DNA from: Oscillospiraceae bacterium
GTDB taxonomy: Bacteria > Bacillota > Clostridia > Oscillospirales > Ruminococcaceae
DNA length: 59,344 nt
Assembly (NCBI GenBank): GCA_009782265.1
Contig: WRJM01000001.1
Coordinates: forward strand, 1-59,344
Direction: 5' to 3'
Shown here: positions 18,596 to 29,782 of the stretch, one piece after another
Layout of the letters: each line of letters begins with the position of its first letter
How positions within the stretch are numbered: the first letter of the stretch is position 1
Notes under the pieces: generated by a model
Databases searched by the model: none
Seen by the model: the letters and a program-made list of their open reading frames with translations, nothing else
What the model was told of the DNA's origin: nothing
Position numbers and translations under genes: made by a program

Positions 18596-20332
18596 GTGGA
18601 TACTGTTTACGCTATAAACGGACCTGTCGTTAAGGTGAAAGCCTCAAAGAATTTCTCCATGCTTGAAATGGTTTATGTCGGGAACGAAAAGCTTGTGGGC
18701 GAAGTGATTTCCGTTGACGAAAATTTCACGACCATTCAGGTGTATGAAGAAACCTCCGGCATGAAAACCGGCGAACCCGTTACGGGTACGGGCGCGCCCA
18801 TGCAAGCGGTTTTGGGACCCGGGATTATTGCCAATATATACGACGGCATACAGCGTCCTTTAAAAACAATGTTCAGTAAAAGCGGTGCGTTTATCAACAA
18901 AGGTATTACGGCGAACGCGCTTGATGAAGAGCGGGTTTATGATGTTTCTGTGCTTGTAAAAGAGGGCGATGTTCTGAAAGGCGGCGAAGCTTACGCCGAA
19001 TGTCCCGAAACGCCGCTGATTACACATAAATGTATGTTACCGCCCGATATAAAGGAAGCTGTTGTTACCTTCGCCGCGCCGGACGGACAGTATAAAACAA
19101 ACGATGTTATTATAAAAATCAGAAGCAAAAATTCACAGCAAGCGGAAATTCCGCTGACCTTAACACAGAAGTGGGCAATCAGAAAACCCCGCCCCGTTAA
19201 AAACAGAATAGCCGCAAACAAGCCTTTAATTACCGGACAGCGGATTTTAGATACAATTTTGCCTGTCGCCAAAGGCGGAACGGCGGCGATTCCGGGCGGT
19301 TTCGGCACAGGTAAGACGATGACCCAGCACCAAATCGCAAAATGGTGTGACGCCGACATTATCGTTTATATCGGCTGCGGTGAGCGCGGCAACGAAATGA
19401 CGCAGGTTTTGAAAGAGTTTTCGGAGCTGATTGACCCGAAATCCGGCAAACCCTTAACCGACCGGACGATTTTAATTGCCAACACGTCCAACATGCCCGT
19501 TGCGGCGCGTGAAGCCAGTGTTTACACCGGTATTACGCTCGCGGAGTATTACCGCGACATGGGGTATCATATTGCGATTATGGCGGACAGTACATCGCGC
19601 TGGGCGGAAGCATTGAGAGAAATTTCCGGCAGGTTGGAAGAAATGCCGGCAGAAGAGGGTTTTCCGGCCTATCTGCCGTCAAGGCTTGCGGAATTTTACG
19701 AGCGCGCCGGTTATGCCGAAACCCTTTGCGGAAAAGAGGGAAGCGTAACGGTCATCGGGGCGGTATCGCCGCAGGGCTCGGACTTTTCCGAACCTGTTAC
19801 GCAGAACACCAAGCGGTTTGTGCGGTGCTTTTGGGCACTTGATAAAAATTTAGCGTACACGCGGCATTATCCCGCGATTAACTGGATGACCAGCTACTCG
19901 GAATACGATGATGATTTGGCGGCGTTTTACAACAGCGTCAGCGATGATTTTTTGAAAGTCAGGCAGAAAATGATTTCCCTGCTCACGGAAGAAAACAGCT
20001 TGATGGAAATTGTGCGGTTAATCGGTTCGGACGTTCTGCCGGATGAGCAGAAGTTAATTATAGAAATTGCAAAAGTAATCCGAACAGGCTTTTTACAGCA
20101 GAACGCTTTTCATAAGGATGACACGTTTGTGCCGCTTGAAAAACAGCTTTTGATGATGAGAGCGATTACGGGTTTTTACGAAAAATGCGCGGAAGCACTC
20201 GGCAAGGGGAAATTGCTTTCGGACATCATTGAAACCGGCTGGTTTGATAAGCTGACCAAGATGAAATATGATATACCGAATGACAGACTGGAATTGTTTG
20301 AGGAATATGAGGATATACAGTTGAACGTGTGA
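18596..20332 (+). CDS. ntpA: V/A-type ATPase catalytic subunit A
   Basis: [42 protein letters not shown]. Confidence 0.97.
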   Translation: MDTVYAINGPVVKVKASKNFSMLEMVYVGNEKLVGEVISVDENFTTIQVYEETSGMKTGEPVTGTGAPMQAVLGPGIIANIYDGIQRPLKTMFSKSGAFINKGITANALDEERVYDVSVLVKEGDVLKGGEAYAECPETPLITHKCMLPPDIKEAVVTFAAPDGQYKTNDVIIKIRSKNSQQAEIPLTLTQKWAIRKPRPVKNRIAANKPLITGQRILDTILPVAKGGTAAIPGGFGTGKTMTQHQIAKWCDADIIVYIGCGERGNEMTQVLKEFSELIDPKSGKPLTDRTILIANTSNMPVAAREASVYTGITLAEYYRDMGYHIAIMADSTSRWAEALREISGRLEEMPAEEGFPAYLPSRLAEFYERAGYAETLCGKEGSVTVIGAVSPQGSDFSEPVTQNTKRFVRCFWALDKNLAYTRHYPAINWMTSYSEYDDDLAAFYNSVSDDFLKVRQKMISLLTEENSLMEIVRLIGSDVLPDEQKLIIEIAKVIRTGFLQQNAFHKDDTFVPLEKQLLMMRAITGFYEKCAEALGKGKLLSDIIETGWFDKLTKMKYDIPNDRLELFEEYEDIQLNV

Positions 20333-20393
20333 TACGCGAGATACTGTAGGGGCGTACAGTGTGCGCCCGCATAATAAGAAGCAAGAGGTTTTC

Positions 20394-21854
20394 ATGGAAA
20401 CACTAAACATCCAATACGCCGGGCTTCATCAGGTGAACGGACCTTTAGTCGCGCTTGACGGCGTGAAAGGCGCGGCTTATGAGGAAATCGCAGAAATCGA
20501 GCTTGAAAACACTGCCGCCTCCAGAATCGGGCGCGTAATTCAAATGGAGGGCGAAAAGGTTGTTTTGCAGGTTTTTGAAGGTACAAGCGGAATTTCGCTC
20601 ACCAACACCAAAACAAGGTTTACCGGAAAAGGGCTTGAAATACCATTAAGCACAGAAATGCTCGGCAGGGTGATGAACGGTGCGGGGAAACCTATAGACG
20701 GATTGGGTACGATTTTCGCCGAAAAAACCGCCGACATCAACGGGCGGGCATTGAATCCTGTAGCGCGTGATTACCCGATTGATTATATCCATACGGGCAT
20801 TTCCTCTATTGACGGACTGATGACTTTAATAAAAGGGCAGAAACTGCCGATTTTTTCCGGTTCGGGGCTTTCGCATAACAAGTTGGCGGCGCAGATTGCG
20901 CGGCAGGCGCGGTTAAGACGCGGAGAAGAAGAATCGGAGAACAGCCGTTATCAAAGCGGCGATAATTTTGAAAAGCAGGACAGAAAAGATTTTGCGGTTG
21001 TTTTCGCAGCGATGGGCGTGCAGAATGACACGGCGGAGTTTTTCCGCCGCTCGTTTGAGGAAACCGGCGCAATTGAGCATGTCGTGATGTTTCTGAATCT
21101 TTCAAGCGACCCGATTATCGAGCGTATTTTAACGCCGCGCTGTGCGCTGACGCTTGCGGAATATTTAGCCTTTGAAAAAAACATGCATATTCTTGTCATT
21201 ATGACCGATATGACTTCGTATTGCGAAGCTCTGCGGGAATTCAGCTCGTCAAAAGGCGAAATACCGGGGCGTAAAGGTTATCCCGGGTACTTGTATTCGG
21301 ATTTAGCGTCATTGTATGAAAGAGCCGGCGTCATTGAAGGCTCGTCGGGTTCTGTTACGCAAATCCCGATTCTGACTATGCCCAATGACGATATTACCCA
21401 CCCCGTCCCCGACCTGACCGCCTATATCACAGAGGGTCAGATGGTGTTCGACAGGGGGCTTGATTCATTAGGGGTTTATCCCGGACTTTCGGTTCTGCTG
21501 TCGCTGTCAAGGCTGATGAAAGACGGTATCGGAGAGGGCTTTACGCGCCCTGACCACCCCGATGTCACCAATCAGCTTTTCGCCGCGTATGCAAGGGTAG
21601 GGGAAGCGCGTTCGCTTGCTTCGGTTATAGGGGAAGATGAGCTTTCGGTTACTGATAGGGCTTATATGAATTTCGGGCGGCATTTTGAAAGGAATTTTCT
21701 CCATCAGGGCGCGGACGAAAACCGTTCGATTGATGAAACATTAGATTTAGCGTGGGATTTAATCTGTCTGCTTCCTAAAACAGAACTTGACCGCATGAAC
21801 AGCGCGTTAATCGAAGAAAATTATAACGAAAAACGAGCGGAGAAATTTAAATAA
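20394..21854 (+). CDS. ntpB: V/A-type ATPase subunit B
   Basis: [43 protein letters not shown]; start METLN (20394) after GAGG. Confidence 0.96.
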   Translation: METLNIQYAGLHQVNGPLVALDGVKGAAYEEIAEIELENTAASRIGRVIQMEGEKVVLQVFEGTSGISLTNTKTRFTGKGLEIPLSTEMLGRVMNGAGKPIDGLGTIFAEKTADINGRALNPVARDYPIDYIHTGISSIDGLMTLIKGQKLPIFSGSGLSHNKLAAQIARQARLRRGEEESENSRYQSGDNFEKQDRKDFAVVFAAMGVQNDTAEFFRRSFEETGAIEHVVMFLNLSSDPIIERILTPRCALTLAEYLAFEKNMHILVIMTDMTSYCEALREFSSSKGEIPGRKGYPGYLYSDLASLYERAGVIEGSSGSVTQIPILTMPNDDITHPVPDLTAYITEGQMVFDRGLDSLGVYPGLSVLLSLSRLMKDGIGEGFTRPDHPDVTNQLFAAYARVGEARSLASVIGEDELSVTDRAYMNFGRHFERNFLHQGADENRSIDETLDLAWDLICLLPKTELDRMNSALIEENYNEKRAEKFK

Positions 21855-21876
21855 TTATTAATTTAAAGGTATCATT

Positions 21877-22494
21877 ATGGCTGAACATCAAATCGTCCCG
21901 ACTAAGGGCAACCTGCTGATTTCAAAACGCCTGCTTAAACAGGCGCAGACAGGGTATGACCTGATGGATAGGAAGCGGAATATTTTAATCCGCGAAATGG
22001 TTGCGCTGTCGGACAGGGCAAAAGAACTGCGCGGTAAAATCGAATCGACTTTCGCGGAGGCATATAAAGCCTTGCAAACGGCAAATATAACGCTGGGCGC
22101 AAACATTCCCGCAACCGCGCAAGTGCCGGCGGAAACACGCTTAACGCTTACTTCAAGAAGCGTTATGGGAGTGGAGCTTCCGACGGTGTCATTGGAAAGA
22201 ACAGAATTAAAGCCGGTTTACGGGATTGCGCAGTCAAATTCTCAGCTTGATATTGCCTATATTAAATTTGATGAAGCAAAATATATGGCTGTAACCTTAG
22301 CTGAAATCGAAAACAGCATTTTCCGGCTCGCGCACGCGATTAAAAAAACGCAGAAACGCGCAAACGCGCTCGGGAATATATTAGTGCCGCGGTATAAGGA
22401 GCAGGTGAAATATGTCGCGGACGCGCTGGAGGAAAAGGAGCGGGAGGAATTTTCAAGACTGAAAGTGATTAAGGCAAATCAAATAAAAACATGA
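21877..22494 (+). CDS. ntpD: V/A-type ATPase subunit D
   Basis: PTKGNL, GYDLMDRKR, KTQKRANAL, LEEKEREEFSRLK. Confidence 0.95.
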   Translation: MAEHQIVPTKGNLLISKRLLKQAQTGYDLMDRKRNILIREMVALSDRAKELRGKIESTFAEAYKALQTANITLGANIPATAQVPAETRLTLTSRSVMGVELPTVSLERTELKPVYGIAQSNSQLDIAYIKFDEAKYMAVTLAEIENSIFRLAHAIKKTQKRANALGNILVPRYKEQVKYVADALEEKEREEFSRLKVIKANQIKT

Positions 22495-22510
22495 GGGATT
22501 AGTATAAAGC

Positions 22511-22538
22511 TAAAGTTTTCCAGACTTTCTGCCGATAT
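22511..22538 (+). promoter_or_regulatory. Sigma-28 (SigD/FliA)-type promoter
   Basis: TAAA-16 nt-GCCGATAT, 38 nt upstream of ATG 22577. Confidence 0.75.
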
Positions 22539-22576
22539 AATAATAGAAGTATAAATCTGTCAAGGGGGAAAAGAAC

Positions 22577-23374
22577 ATGGCTATAAATTCAGTAGTATCG
22601 GATTATGTAAAAAACACTGTTAAAGCACAAAGCGGCGTAAACGTCTGGAGTAATGAAAACACCGCAAAAACTGACAAGGAAAGCGGATTAAGCACCGCCA
22701 CTAAAAATTATCTTGCGTATCTGAGAGATAAATTCGGTGATGTTAATTTTGTTGTAGGCAGTGCGAAAGACGGTGCTTCGGGCGGCGGTAAAAAATACAA
22801 TTGCTTCATCCATGAGGATTTATTGGAGCAAATGGCAAACGACCCGGAAACAGCCGCAAAATATGAAAAAATCATTTTTGAAGCAAGAGCGCAGGTAGAC
22901 GAGCTGAAAGAGAAGGTTGACGAAAGCGGGCTCGGAAAGCTTGTTAAATCCTACGGCATAGAAGTAGACGCCGACGGCAAGGTGAATTACATCGTCATGC
23001 TCAACGACAGCATTAAAGGTATGTATGACAAAAAGCCCGAAAACAGTTCCGGCGATAAAAAGAATGTTGATAAATCCGCCGAAGCAAACGGTGTTCCTAA
23101 ATCAATCAAAGCCGGTTCAATTGAAGAGCTTTTGGAAAAGTTGAAGGAAATTGCCGAAAACAGAACCGAAAAAGCGAACGAGCTTTACGGCGGCAAGGAT
23201 GAAAACAAAACAAACGCTAAGAACACTGATGTTTTGGAAAAAGACGGGGAATTTAAAAAGCCTTTTATATCCAAACCCGCCTCCAATAAAAAAGACGGTT
23301 TTGATATAACCGCCATGCTCCCGAAGAAGGAAGAAAATCATTCCGCAGGCATTTACGGTAAAAAAGTAAAATAA
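22577..23374 (+). CDS. Hypothetical protein (possibly DUF6033-like)
   Basis: 265-aa ORF with RBS; YLAYLRDKF and LLEQMANDPE..KYEKII pattern; own promoter and terminator. Confidence 0.7.
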   Translation: MAINSVVSDYVKNTVKAQSGVNVWSNENTAKTDKESGLSTATKNYLAYLRDKFGDVNFVVGSAKDGASGGGKKYNCFIHEDLLEQMANDPETAAKYEKIIFEARAQVDELKEKVDESGLGKLVKSYGIEVDADGKVNYIVMLNDSIKGMYDKKPENSSGDKKNVDKSAEANGVPKSIKAGSIEELLEKLKEIAENRTEKANELYGGKDENKTNAKNTDVLEKDGEFKKPFISKPASNKKDGFDITAMLPKKEENHSAGIYGKKVK

Positions 23375-23377
23375 TAT

Positions 23378-23415
23378 AAAAAAAGGGGACGCCGTGAGCG
23401 GCGTCCCCTTTTTTT
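23378..23415. terminator. Bidirectional intrinsic terminator
   Basis: A-run ggggacgccg/cggcgtcccc T-run between convergent genes. Confidence 0.85.
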
Positions 23416-23423
23416 ATATTTCA

Positions 23424-24353
23424 TTAAACCTGATAATATTTATCATAATTCACTAATTCGTCAAGCAGTTTCGGCAACTGCTCATCAACTGTTTCCCCTG
23501 TGAACTGGCAAGTTCCGACCATCGGGTGTCCGCCGCCGCCGTATTTCAGCATAAGACTGCCCACGTTCACTTTGCTGGTTCTGTTCAGTATGGAATACCC
23601 CACCGCCACAGCACAGCCGATTCCGCCTCTGCCGGACACTATCCATGCTGAAATATTCTGCTCCGGATAAAGGCTGTAAATCAAGAAGCGGTTGCCGGTG
23701 TAAATGGTTTCAATCCCGCGCAGGTCGGTAATAATGACATCACGCTCTACTTTCGTATGCTTTGCCACCATTTTCTTGAAAAGCTCCGCCTGTTCCTTAT
23801 ACAGTTCAATGCGTTCCTTGATGTCCGGTAAATCAAGAATTTCCTGCGTCGTCATGGTACGGCAGCAAATCAGCAGTTTTTCCATAAGCTGATAATTACT
23901 GATGGTGAAGTTGCGGAAACGCCCCAATCCGGTTCGCGGGTCCATCAGGAAGCCCACAAGAATCCAGCCTTCGGGGTCAAGGATTTCTTCACGGGTCAGA
24001 TTGCCCGAATCCACCTTGTCAACCGCAATCATCAGGTCGTCAAACTGCGGGAATTTTTCGCGTCCGCCGTAATATTCATAAATAATGCGGGCACAGCTCG
24101 GCGCACTGCGGCTTTCTCCCTTGTATTTCCCTTCAAGCTCGTTGCGTTCCTTTTCGCTTGAATGGTGGTCAAACCAGATTCCGCAGCCCGCCGCGTAAGG
24201 CACGTTCGCCAGCACGTCGTTCTCGGTGACAGGCACAAGTCCGTCCTGTATGTCCTTGGGATGCGCAAAGGTATAGCTGTCTATTACCCCCGCCTCAAGC
24301 AGTAAAGCACCGCAGGCGAGCCCGTCAAAATCTGAGCGGGTAATTAATTTCAT
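23424..24353 (-). CDS. DHH-family phosphoesterase (often annotated exopolyphosphatase/nanoRNase-like)
   Basis: TRSDFDGL, FDHH, GGGGH motifs; start MKLIT (or TTG at 24359). Confidence 0.85.
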   Translation of the reverse strand: MKLITRSDFDGLACGALLLEAGVIDSYTFAHPKDIQDGLVPVTENDVLANVPYAAGCGIWFDHHSSEKERNELEGKYKGESRSAPSCARIIYEYYGGREKFPQFDDLMIAVDKVDSGNLTREEILDPEGWILVGFLMDPRTGLGRFRNFTISNYQLMEKLLICCRTMTTQEILDLPDIKERIELYKEQAELFKKMVAKHTKVERDVIITDLRGIETIYTGNRFLIYSLYPEQNISAWIVSGRGGIGCAVAVGYSILNRTSKVNVGSLMLKYGGGGHPMVGTCQFTGETVDEQLPKLLDELVNYDKYYQV

Positions 24354-24456
24354 CGGCAATTTATACACCTCTTTTTTAATTTCATACATAATATCAAGAA
24401 TATTATACCAAATAATTTTCATTTTTGCAAGTCTTTTTTAATTTTATAAACAAATT

Positions 24457-27291
24457 TTATTTTATAAAGTTAAAAACAACGATTTTCTTAATGAATTTCC
24501 GTATTATTTTCTTATCGGAAACGATTTGCTTATAAAGCCGGTCTGTACAGGCTGAAAGCAAGTCATACTCTGCTCTTGTCAGCTCTTCTTTGCTGAATTC
24601 CAGCTTTTCAGCCGCACCTATTAACTCGTTTATATATACAAATCCCTGCGCGGCTTCAACCGGCTTTCCTTGCTTTGTTTGTTTTGCTTCCGCCTGTTCG
24701 GTCAGCATTTTTTCCGCCCTTGCGGCGAATTTTACGGGTGTTTCGCCCGGCTGGGCAGTTAATCCTTCCGTTCTGAGCAGTTTTAATATAAATTTATACG
24801 CTTCAGCCGCTGTTTTCTTATCCTGAAGCGACGTATATTTTAAAATCCGCTTTCTTTCGGTCTTATTGAGCGATTTTACGAACAGAACAACAGAACCCGC
24901 CGGAATTGCCGCAAGCAGGATAATCAGCGCGGTAAACAGCACCTGAAGCGGTAAAATTGATTTCGGCTTTAATGGCTCTATCACCGGCATCCCTTCAGAA
25001 TCTGTCTGCGGCGGCGTTGTGGGGGTGGTTGTTGTTGTGGTTCGCGGGGTGGTTTCGGGCGGGTTGGTTCGCGGCGCGGTTGACGAACTTGGGGGTGTGG
25101 TGCGCGGGGTGGTGGTGGAAGAAGCCGGTCTGTTTTCGCCTACTCTCTCCGCTTCAAGATAGTTGTATTCAAAGATAGGGGGGGTGGGGTCAAACGGAAT
25201 CCAACCGACGCCTTTAAAGTAAACCTCAACCCAAGCGTGCAAATCTCTTTCTAAAATAATCTGCGTTCTTGCGTAATCTGTCACATATCCCGTGACATAT
25301 CTTGCGGGAATCCCCATTTCCCGCAGTGCCAGCGTCATGCAGGTCGCATAAAGCGCGCAGTGCCCCTGTTTAGTTTCAAACAAAAAGTTGCCGAGCATGG
25401 TGTTAGGACCGCTGTTGTTGTCTGTAACCAAAGAATAGGTATAATTGGAGATAAAGTAATCCTTGATGGCTTCCGCTTTATAATAATCGTTTAATAAATA
25501 AAATTCAGAATCAAGAAAATCATCTGTAAAAACACCTCTATAACTGCTAAAGAGAGGTCTGTAATTGCTCACATTCGTTAAAAGCTGTTTAATATTCTCC
25601 CTTTCACTTTCAACCGTTGCGGTATATACTTCGTAAACTAATTGTTCATATTCGTTTAAATAATCAAGATATTTCTCCGCCGTAAGCCCGTATTCGTTGG
25701 CATAAATGCGGATTGCCATTGGTTCTCTGTTTATTTCGGTATAAATATAATCGTCATAATCCTCAACTCTTATGCCGTCGTAATAATCCGCTTCCTCCAA
25801 GGTAAGCGGTCTTACGGCGGTAAGAAGATTTTGAATGTTCTCCGCTATTTCCCCGAAATTAGTATTATTTTTATAATAAAGTACATCCCAGTAATAAGTT
25901 TCCGCGCTTGTTCCGCTTCTTTTTCTTAACACGGTATCCTGATTGTAGTTAAAACGGCTGTCGGTTTTATAATTCGGTAAATACGGGGAAGTCGGGAGCA
26001 TAACATGCGGCGAACGCACCAAATACTCAATCACAACCTTTTGAATTCCGATTAACGTATCGGGATGATAGTTAAATGCCAGCATCTTCTGCCTAAAAGC
26101 CAAATATTCATGCTCCGGATAAAAGTTGGTCGGGAATTTTTTCGCAAAATCGCCCGCGTTGCCGTTTACGTCCCAGCTTCCTTTCGCGGGATTGAAAACC
26201 GCGCCGATACCGTTTCTTAAATAGATGTTCGTGCTTGTGTCTTCAAGCGTAACCCGCAGGATTTCCCGCCGGCTAACAGTCGGGCTGTTGATGGAAAGCG
26301 AACCGCCCACATTACCCGAAGGCATGAACCCGCTGTGGTCAAGCAAAGGAACGGTTTCAAACAAATTCCCTTCAATCGAAAAGCTGTCCATGATTTCCGT
26401 AACTTTATCAACAATCGAGTTCGCCGCGTTCTCCCAGAACTGAATGATTTCATGTGTTTTTTCTACCGGAAGGAACACATTCGCAAGTCCGCAGGCGATA
26501 AACGCAATCACAACCGTCATTGCGCCGTTCACGGCGTACCGGTGTATTTTCGGGATAAAAGGACCTTTTTTCAGTTTCCGCGGTTTTATATTTTTTAAAA
26601 AGCTTTGCTCCTGACTTGCCCAAATGCTGTATAAGCCAAGCATGCTGATGACTAAAACCGTCATCGCCGGAACGAAGCTTGCCTTTTGGGAAGCAATCGC
26701 GGGAATCAGTACAACGATACAGGTAATCAATACAGAGCCGATAAACTTTCCCCTTGAAGATACCGCATAAATTAACGCTAACACAACGCAAAGCAGAATA
26801 ACGCTTTTCTGAAGCCCCTGCACGAAAGAGTAACTCATTTCGTTGACCACCATGTAAGCGGGGCGGGAAGCGTAAACCGCGGTATTTACCATGCCCCCGT
26901 CAATATAAATCAATATGTAGTCCACAAAACAGCCAAGGTTAAATAAAACATCCTCTACTCTGATGTACAGATAAAACATCGCCGCAATCACGGGAAAGGC
27001 GTATCTGAATTTCAAAAATAAAAATAAAGAATTAAAAGCAATCGTAGCCGTTACCGCCCACATAATCACCGGCGTGCTGTCAATCGGCATTTTATACAGC
27101 TGAATAAGCAGAAGCCCTATTCCCGCAGCCGCCGCGCACAGCAAAGCCGCCCGAACCGCTACGTTCATGTACAGCGACGATTCAGGCTGTTGTTTTTGAA
27201 TCTGCGCCCCCGTCCAGAACGGCAGGGGTTGTTTTTTCTGCTTTTTTTGTTTTTTCGGTTTTTTTGCTTTTTGCGCTTTTGGCTCTTTCAA
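24457..27291 (-). CDS. Multi-TM transglutaminase-like domain protein
   Basis: GHCALYA, GIPARYVTGY, HAWVEVY, GWIPFDPTP Cys-His-Asp triad; T/P-rich linker and C-terminal TM. Confidence 0.9.
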   Translation of the reverse strand: MKEPKAQKAKKPKKQKKQKKQPLPFWTGAQIQKQQPESSLYMNVAVRAALLCAAAAGIGLLLIQLYKMPIDSTPVIMWAVTATIAFNSLFLFLKFRYAFPVIAAMFYLYIRVEDVLFNLGCFVDYILIYIDGGMVNTAVYASRPAYMVVNEMSYSFVQGLQKSVILLCVVLALIYAVSSRGKFIGSVLITCIVVLIPAIASQKASFVPAMTVLVISMLGLYSIWASQEQSFLKNIKPRKLKKGPFIPKIHRYAVNGAMTVVIAFIACGLANVFLPVEKTHEIIQFWENAANSIVDKVTEIMDSFSIEGNLFETVPLLDHSGFMPSGNVGGSLSINSPTVSRREILRVTLEDTSTNIYLRNGIGAVFNPAKGSWDVNGNAGDFAKKFPTNFYPEHEYLAFRQKMLAFNYHPDTLIGIQKVVIEYLVRSPHVMLPTSPYLPNYKTDSRFNYNQDTVLRKRSGTSAETYYWDVLYYKNNTNFGEIAENIQNLLTAVRPLTLEEADYYDGIRVEDYDDYIYTEINREPMAIRIYANEYGLTAEKYLDYLNEYEQLVYEVYTATVESERENIKQLLTNVSNYRPLFSSYRGVFTDDFLDSEFYLLNDYYKAEAIKDYFISNYTYSLVTDNNSGPNTMLGNFLFETKQGHCALYATCMTLALREMGIPARYVTGYVTDYARTQIILERDLHAWVEVYFKGVGWIPFDPTPPIFEYNYLEAERVGENRPASSTTTPRTTPPSSSTAPRTNPPETTPRTTTTTTPTTPPQTDSEGMPVIEPLKPKSILPLQVLFTALIILLAAIPAGSVVLFVKSLNKTERKRILKYTSLQDKKTAAEAYKFILKLLRTEGLTAQPGETPVKFAARAEKMLTEQAEAKQTKQGKPVEAAQGFVYINELIGAAEKLEFSKEELTRAEYDLLSACTDRLYKQIVSDKKIIRKFIKKIVVFNFIK

Positions 27292-28481
27292 TTAATATAA
27301 AACTCCGCTTCTTCATCATTAATTTCTATCAGCTTCATTTTAGTCTGCGTTTTGATAAATTCCGAAAGCTCGCTGTTTGTGCGGACGGCGGTAAACGTAA
27401 TAATCCCCACCCCGCCGCGCATCGCTAACCCGGTTTCTTCAAGCATTGTTAAAAGCTCGTCGCTGACCGCCGGCGTAACAATGTATATCGTATGATGTTC
27501 CTGTATATCAGGCGAAAAAAGCGTAATCAGTTCGCTGAAGCTTTTTTCTGCCGGCTTCTGCGGTAAAATCGTAAAGGCGTTATGGATATAGCTGTAATGC
27601 GACAGTTCTGTCATTTCATACTTTTCGCTTCCGGCAGAACCTTGCCAGCAGTTAATTACGCTGTTTCCCTCTTCCAATACCGCTTTGGTTACGGCAAGCG
27701 AGGTTTCAATCACCGCGTCAAGCATACGCCTTGTCATAAACCGGTCTTCTCCGAAATCTTCGGAAAAATTGCTGAAAATAACCGCGCTGTTATTCACCGA
27801 TTGCTCCTGCTGTTTCACAATCAGCTCGTCCTGCTTCGCAGAAAGCTTCCAGTGTATGCTTCTTATGCTGTCGCCTTCGCGGTATTCCCGAAGCGAATTA
27901 AACGTATTGCTTCTGTGCGACGTAATTTTGCTTGCCGGGCTTTCGCTGTCGGTTTCGGTTTCCTTTTCGGTGCTGTGCGGGATTTTTTCACGCGGAAGCA
28001 CAATAACCCTGATATTCAGATTCACTTTTTTACTTAATTTAAAAAGCTTCAGTAAATCATACACGCATACTTCATAAATCCTTACGTTGTATTCCCCCCT
28101 GAAAGGCAGACAGAAAGGCACGCCTAAAACCGTTGTGTTAAAAGGCGAAACGCCTGTAATCATCACTTTCTTGGAGAAATCCGCCTCCTGTTCCGCAAGG
28201 CTTTGAAAATCGCCGATGATTCTAATCGGCGAAACAGGAAGAATAAAATGGTTTTCAATCGCCAGCCCGATTTGATATTCTTCAAATTTACGGACGACCA
28301 CTTCTGCGGGCATGGCTTTCAGCCCTACCGAGACGTAATTGACTACCATCACGATAAAGCTGATTACGGGGCAAATAATCAATATCAGCAGAAGCAGGGG
28401 CATCATACGGCTTTGGTATACAAAACACATAATCAGTATCAGCCCCGTCAGCACACTGTAAAAAGTTCGGAATTCCCTCAT
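27288..28481 (-). CDS. DUF58 domain protein
   Basis: LREYREGDSIRSIHWKLSAK. Confidence 0.9.
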   Translation of the reverse strand: MREFRTFYSVLTGLILIMCFVYQSRMMPLLLLILIICPVISFIVMVVNYVSVGLKAMPAEVVVRKFEEYQIGLAIENHFILPVSPIRIIGDFQSLAEQEADFSKKVMITGVSPFNTTVLGVPFCLPFRGEYNVRIYEVCVYDLLKLFKLSKKVNLNIRVIVLPREKIPHSTEKETETDSESPASKITSHRSNTFNSLREYREGDSIRSIHWKLSAKQDELIVKQQEQSVNNSAVIFSNFSEDFGEDRFMTRRMLDAVIETSLAVTKAVLEEGNSVINCWQGSAGSEKYEMTELSHYSYIHNAFTILPQKPAEKSFSELITLFSPDIQEHHTIYIVTPAVSDELLTMLEETGLAMRGGVGIITFTAVRTNSELSEFIKTQTKMKLIEINDEEAEFYIN

Positions 28482-28505
28482 TTTTAATCTACCTGTAATT
28501 TTATT

Positions 28506-28632
28506 GTAGGGGACGGCGTCCTCGACGTCCCGCCGGCGAACCGCCGGTAGTAATACCGCCTTGCCGGCGGCTGTTGTGTTATATTACAATCTTGTTTAAA
28601 TGTATAGGGACGTTGAGGACGCCGTCCCCTAC
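28506..28632. repeat. GTAG-type REP doublet with GC-rich hairpins inside
   Basis: gtaggggacggcgtcctcgacgtccc / gggacgttgaggacgccgtcccctac. Confidence 0.85.
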
Positions 28633-28636
28633 AGTT

Positions 28637-29596
28637 CTATTGCCTATGATACGGCGGGGTGATGGATTTTGCGATTTCCCGCAGTACGTTTATTTCCGTC
28701 ATTTTGCGCACTTTTGCGTCCTGCGTTAATTGCAGGCGGTGTTCAAGCACATGCGGCGTCATTCTCAGTACATCTTCGGGGGTTACATACGCCCGCCCCG
28801 ATAAAAACGCGCACGCCTGACTTGCTCTCATCAAGAGCAGACTGGCGCGCGGACTTGCTCCGAGCAAAACCGCCCTGTGCCCTCTTGTTGAGGACACAAG
28901 CTGAACGATATAACGGTAAATGCTCGGCTCTATATTCACATGCTGAACGGCTTCTATACAGGACAGTATATCTCTTTTATTGCAAATCGCGCTGACGCTT
29001 TCAAGCGGGTCGGCGGTCTGGCGGGAAGCAATAATATTAACTTCCTGCTCCTGCGTCGGATAACCGACCGATATTTTCATCAGGAAGCGGTCAAGCTGAG
29101 CTTCCGGCAAGGGATATGTTCCCACAAAGCCAAGCTCGTTCTGCGTGGCAATAACCATAAAGGGCTGAGGAAGCTCATATGTAACGCTGTCTACCGTAAC
29201 TCTCTGCTCTTCCATCGCTTCTAAAAGCGCGGACTGCGTTTTCGGGGAGGTTCTGTTAATTTCGTCCGCAAGCAGGATATTGCACATGACCATGCCCGGA
29301 CGGTATTCAAACTCGTTGGTTTCCTTGTTATAAATCGTAAAGCCGGTGATGTCCGACGCCATAACGTCCGGCGTGAACTGGGCGCGGCGGCTCATCAGTC
29401 CGGTTGCTTTCGCAAGCGTAGTCGCAAGCATGGTTTTACCAACGCCCGGCACGTCTTCAATCAGCACATGCCCGCCCGAAAGCAAAGCAATCACCAACAT
29501 TTTCACTACATCGCGCTTACCTACAATAACCTTTTCCACTTCGTCAATAATCTGTTTGATTTGCCTGTTTTGTTCTTCTGCTATTTCTTTATGCAT
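28637..29596 (-). CDS. moxR: MoxR-family AAA+ ATPase
   Basis: EDVPGVGKT, LADEINRTSPKTQSALLEAM, TYPLPEAQLDRF. Confidence 0.95.
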   Translation of the reverse strand: MHKEIAEEQNRQIKQIIDEVEKVIVGKRDVVKMLVIALLSGGHVLIEDVPGVGKTMLATTLAKATGLMSRRAQFTPDVMASDITGFTIYNKETNEFEYRPGMVMCNILLADEINRTSPKTQSALLEAMEEQRVTVDSVTYELPQPFMVIATQNELGFVGTYPLPEAQLDRFLMKISVGYPTQEQEVNIIASRQTADPLESVSAICNKRDILSCIEAVQHVNIEPSIYRYIVQLVSSTRGHRAVLLGASPRASLLLMRASQACAFLSGRAYVTPEDVLRMTPHVLEHRLQLTQDAKVRKMTEINVLREIAKSITPPYHRQ

Positions 29597-29782
29597 GTTT
29601 TTGCGTTCCGCCTTTTTTTAATTTAAACAATATTATTCCGGCACTAAACAATAGGAAAACACAGAGAAAACGTCTACTGTTTACTTAAAAAATAATAACA
29701 AATAATATTATAGCATTAAAATCAGGCAAAATCAAGTAAAAATTAGAAATTGTAAACAGATTGTAATTATTTATAATTAGTA

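Noticed and set aside
20925-20990. Charged insert in ATPase subunit B as an intein or mobile insert
   Set aside because: Only about 20 aa, no intein terminal residues; consistent with a variable loop.
24457-29596. MoxR-DUF58-transglutaminase cluster as a novel system
   Set aside because: Well-known, widespread gene triad with nothing unusual here.
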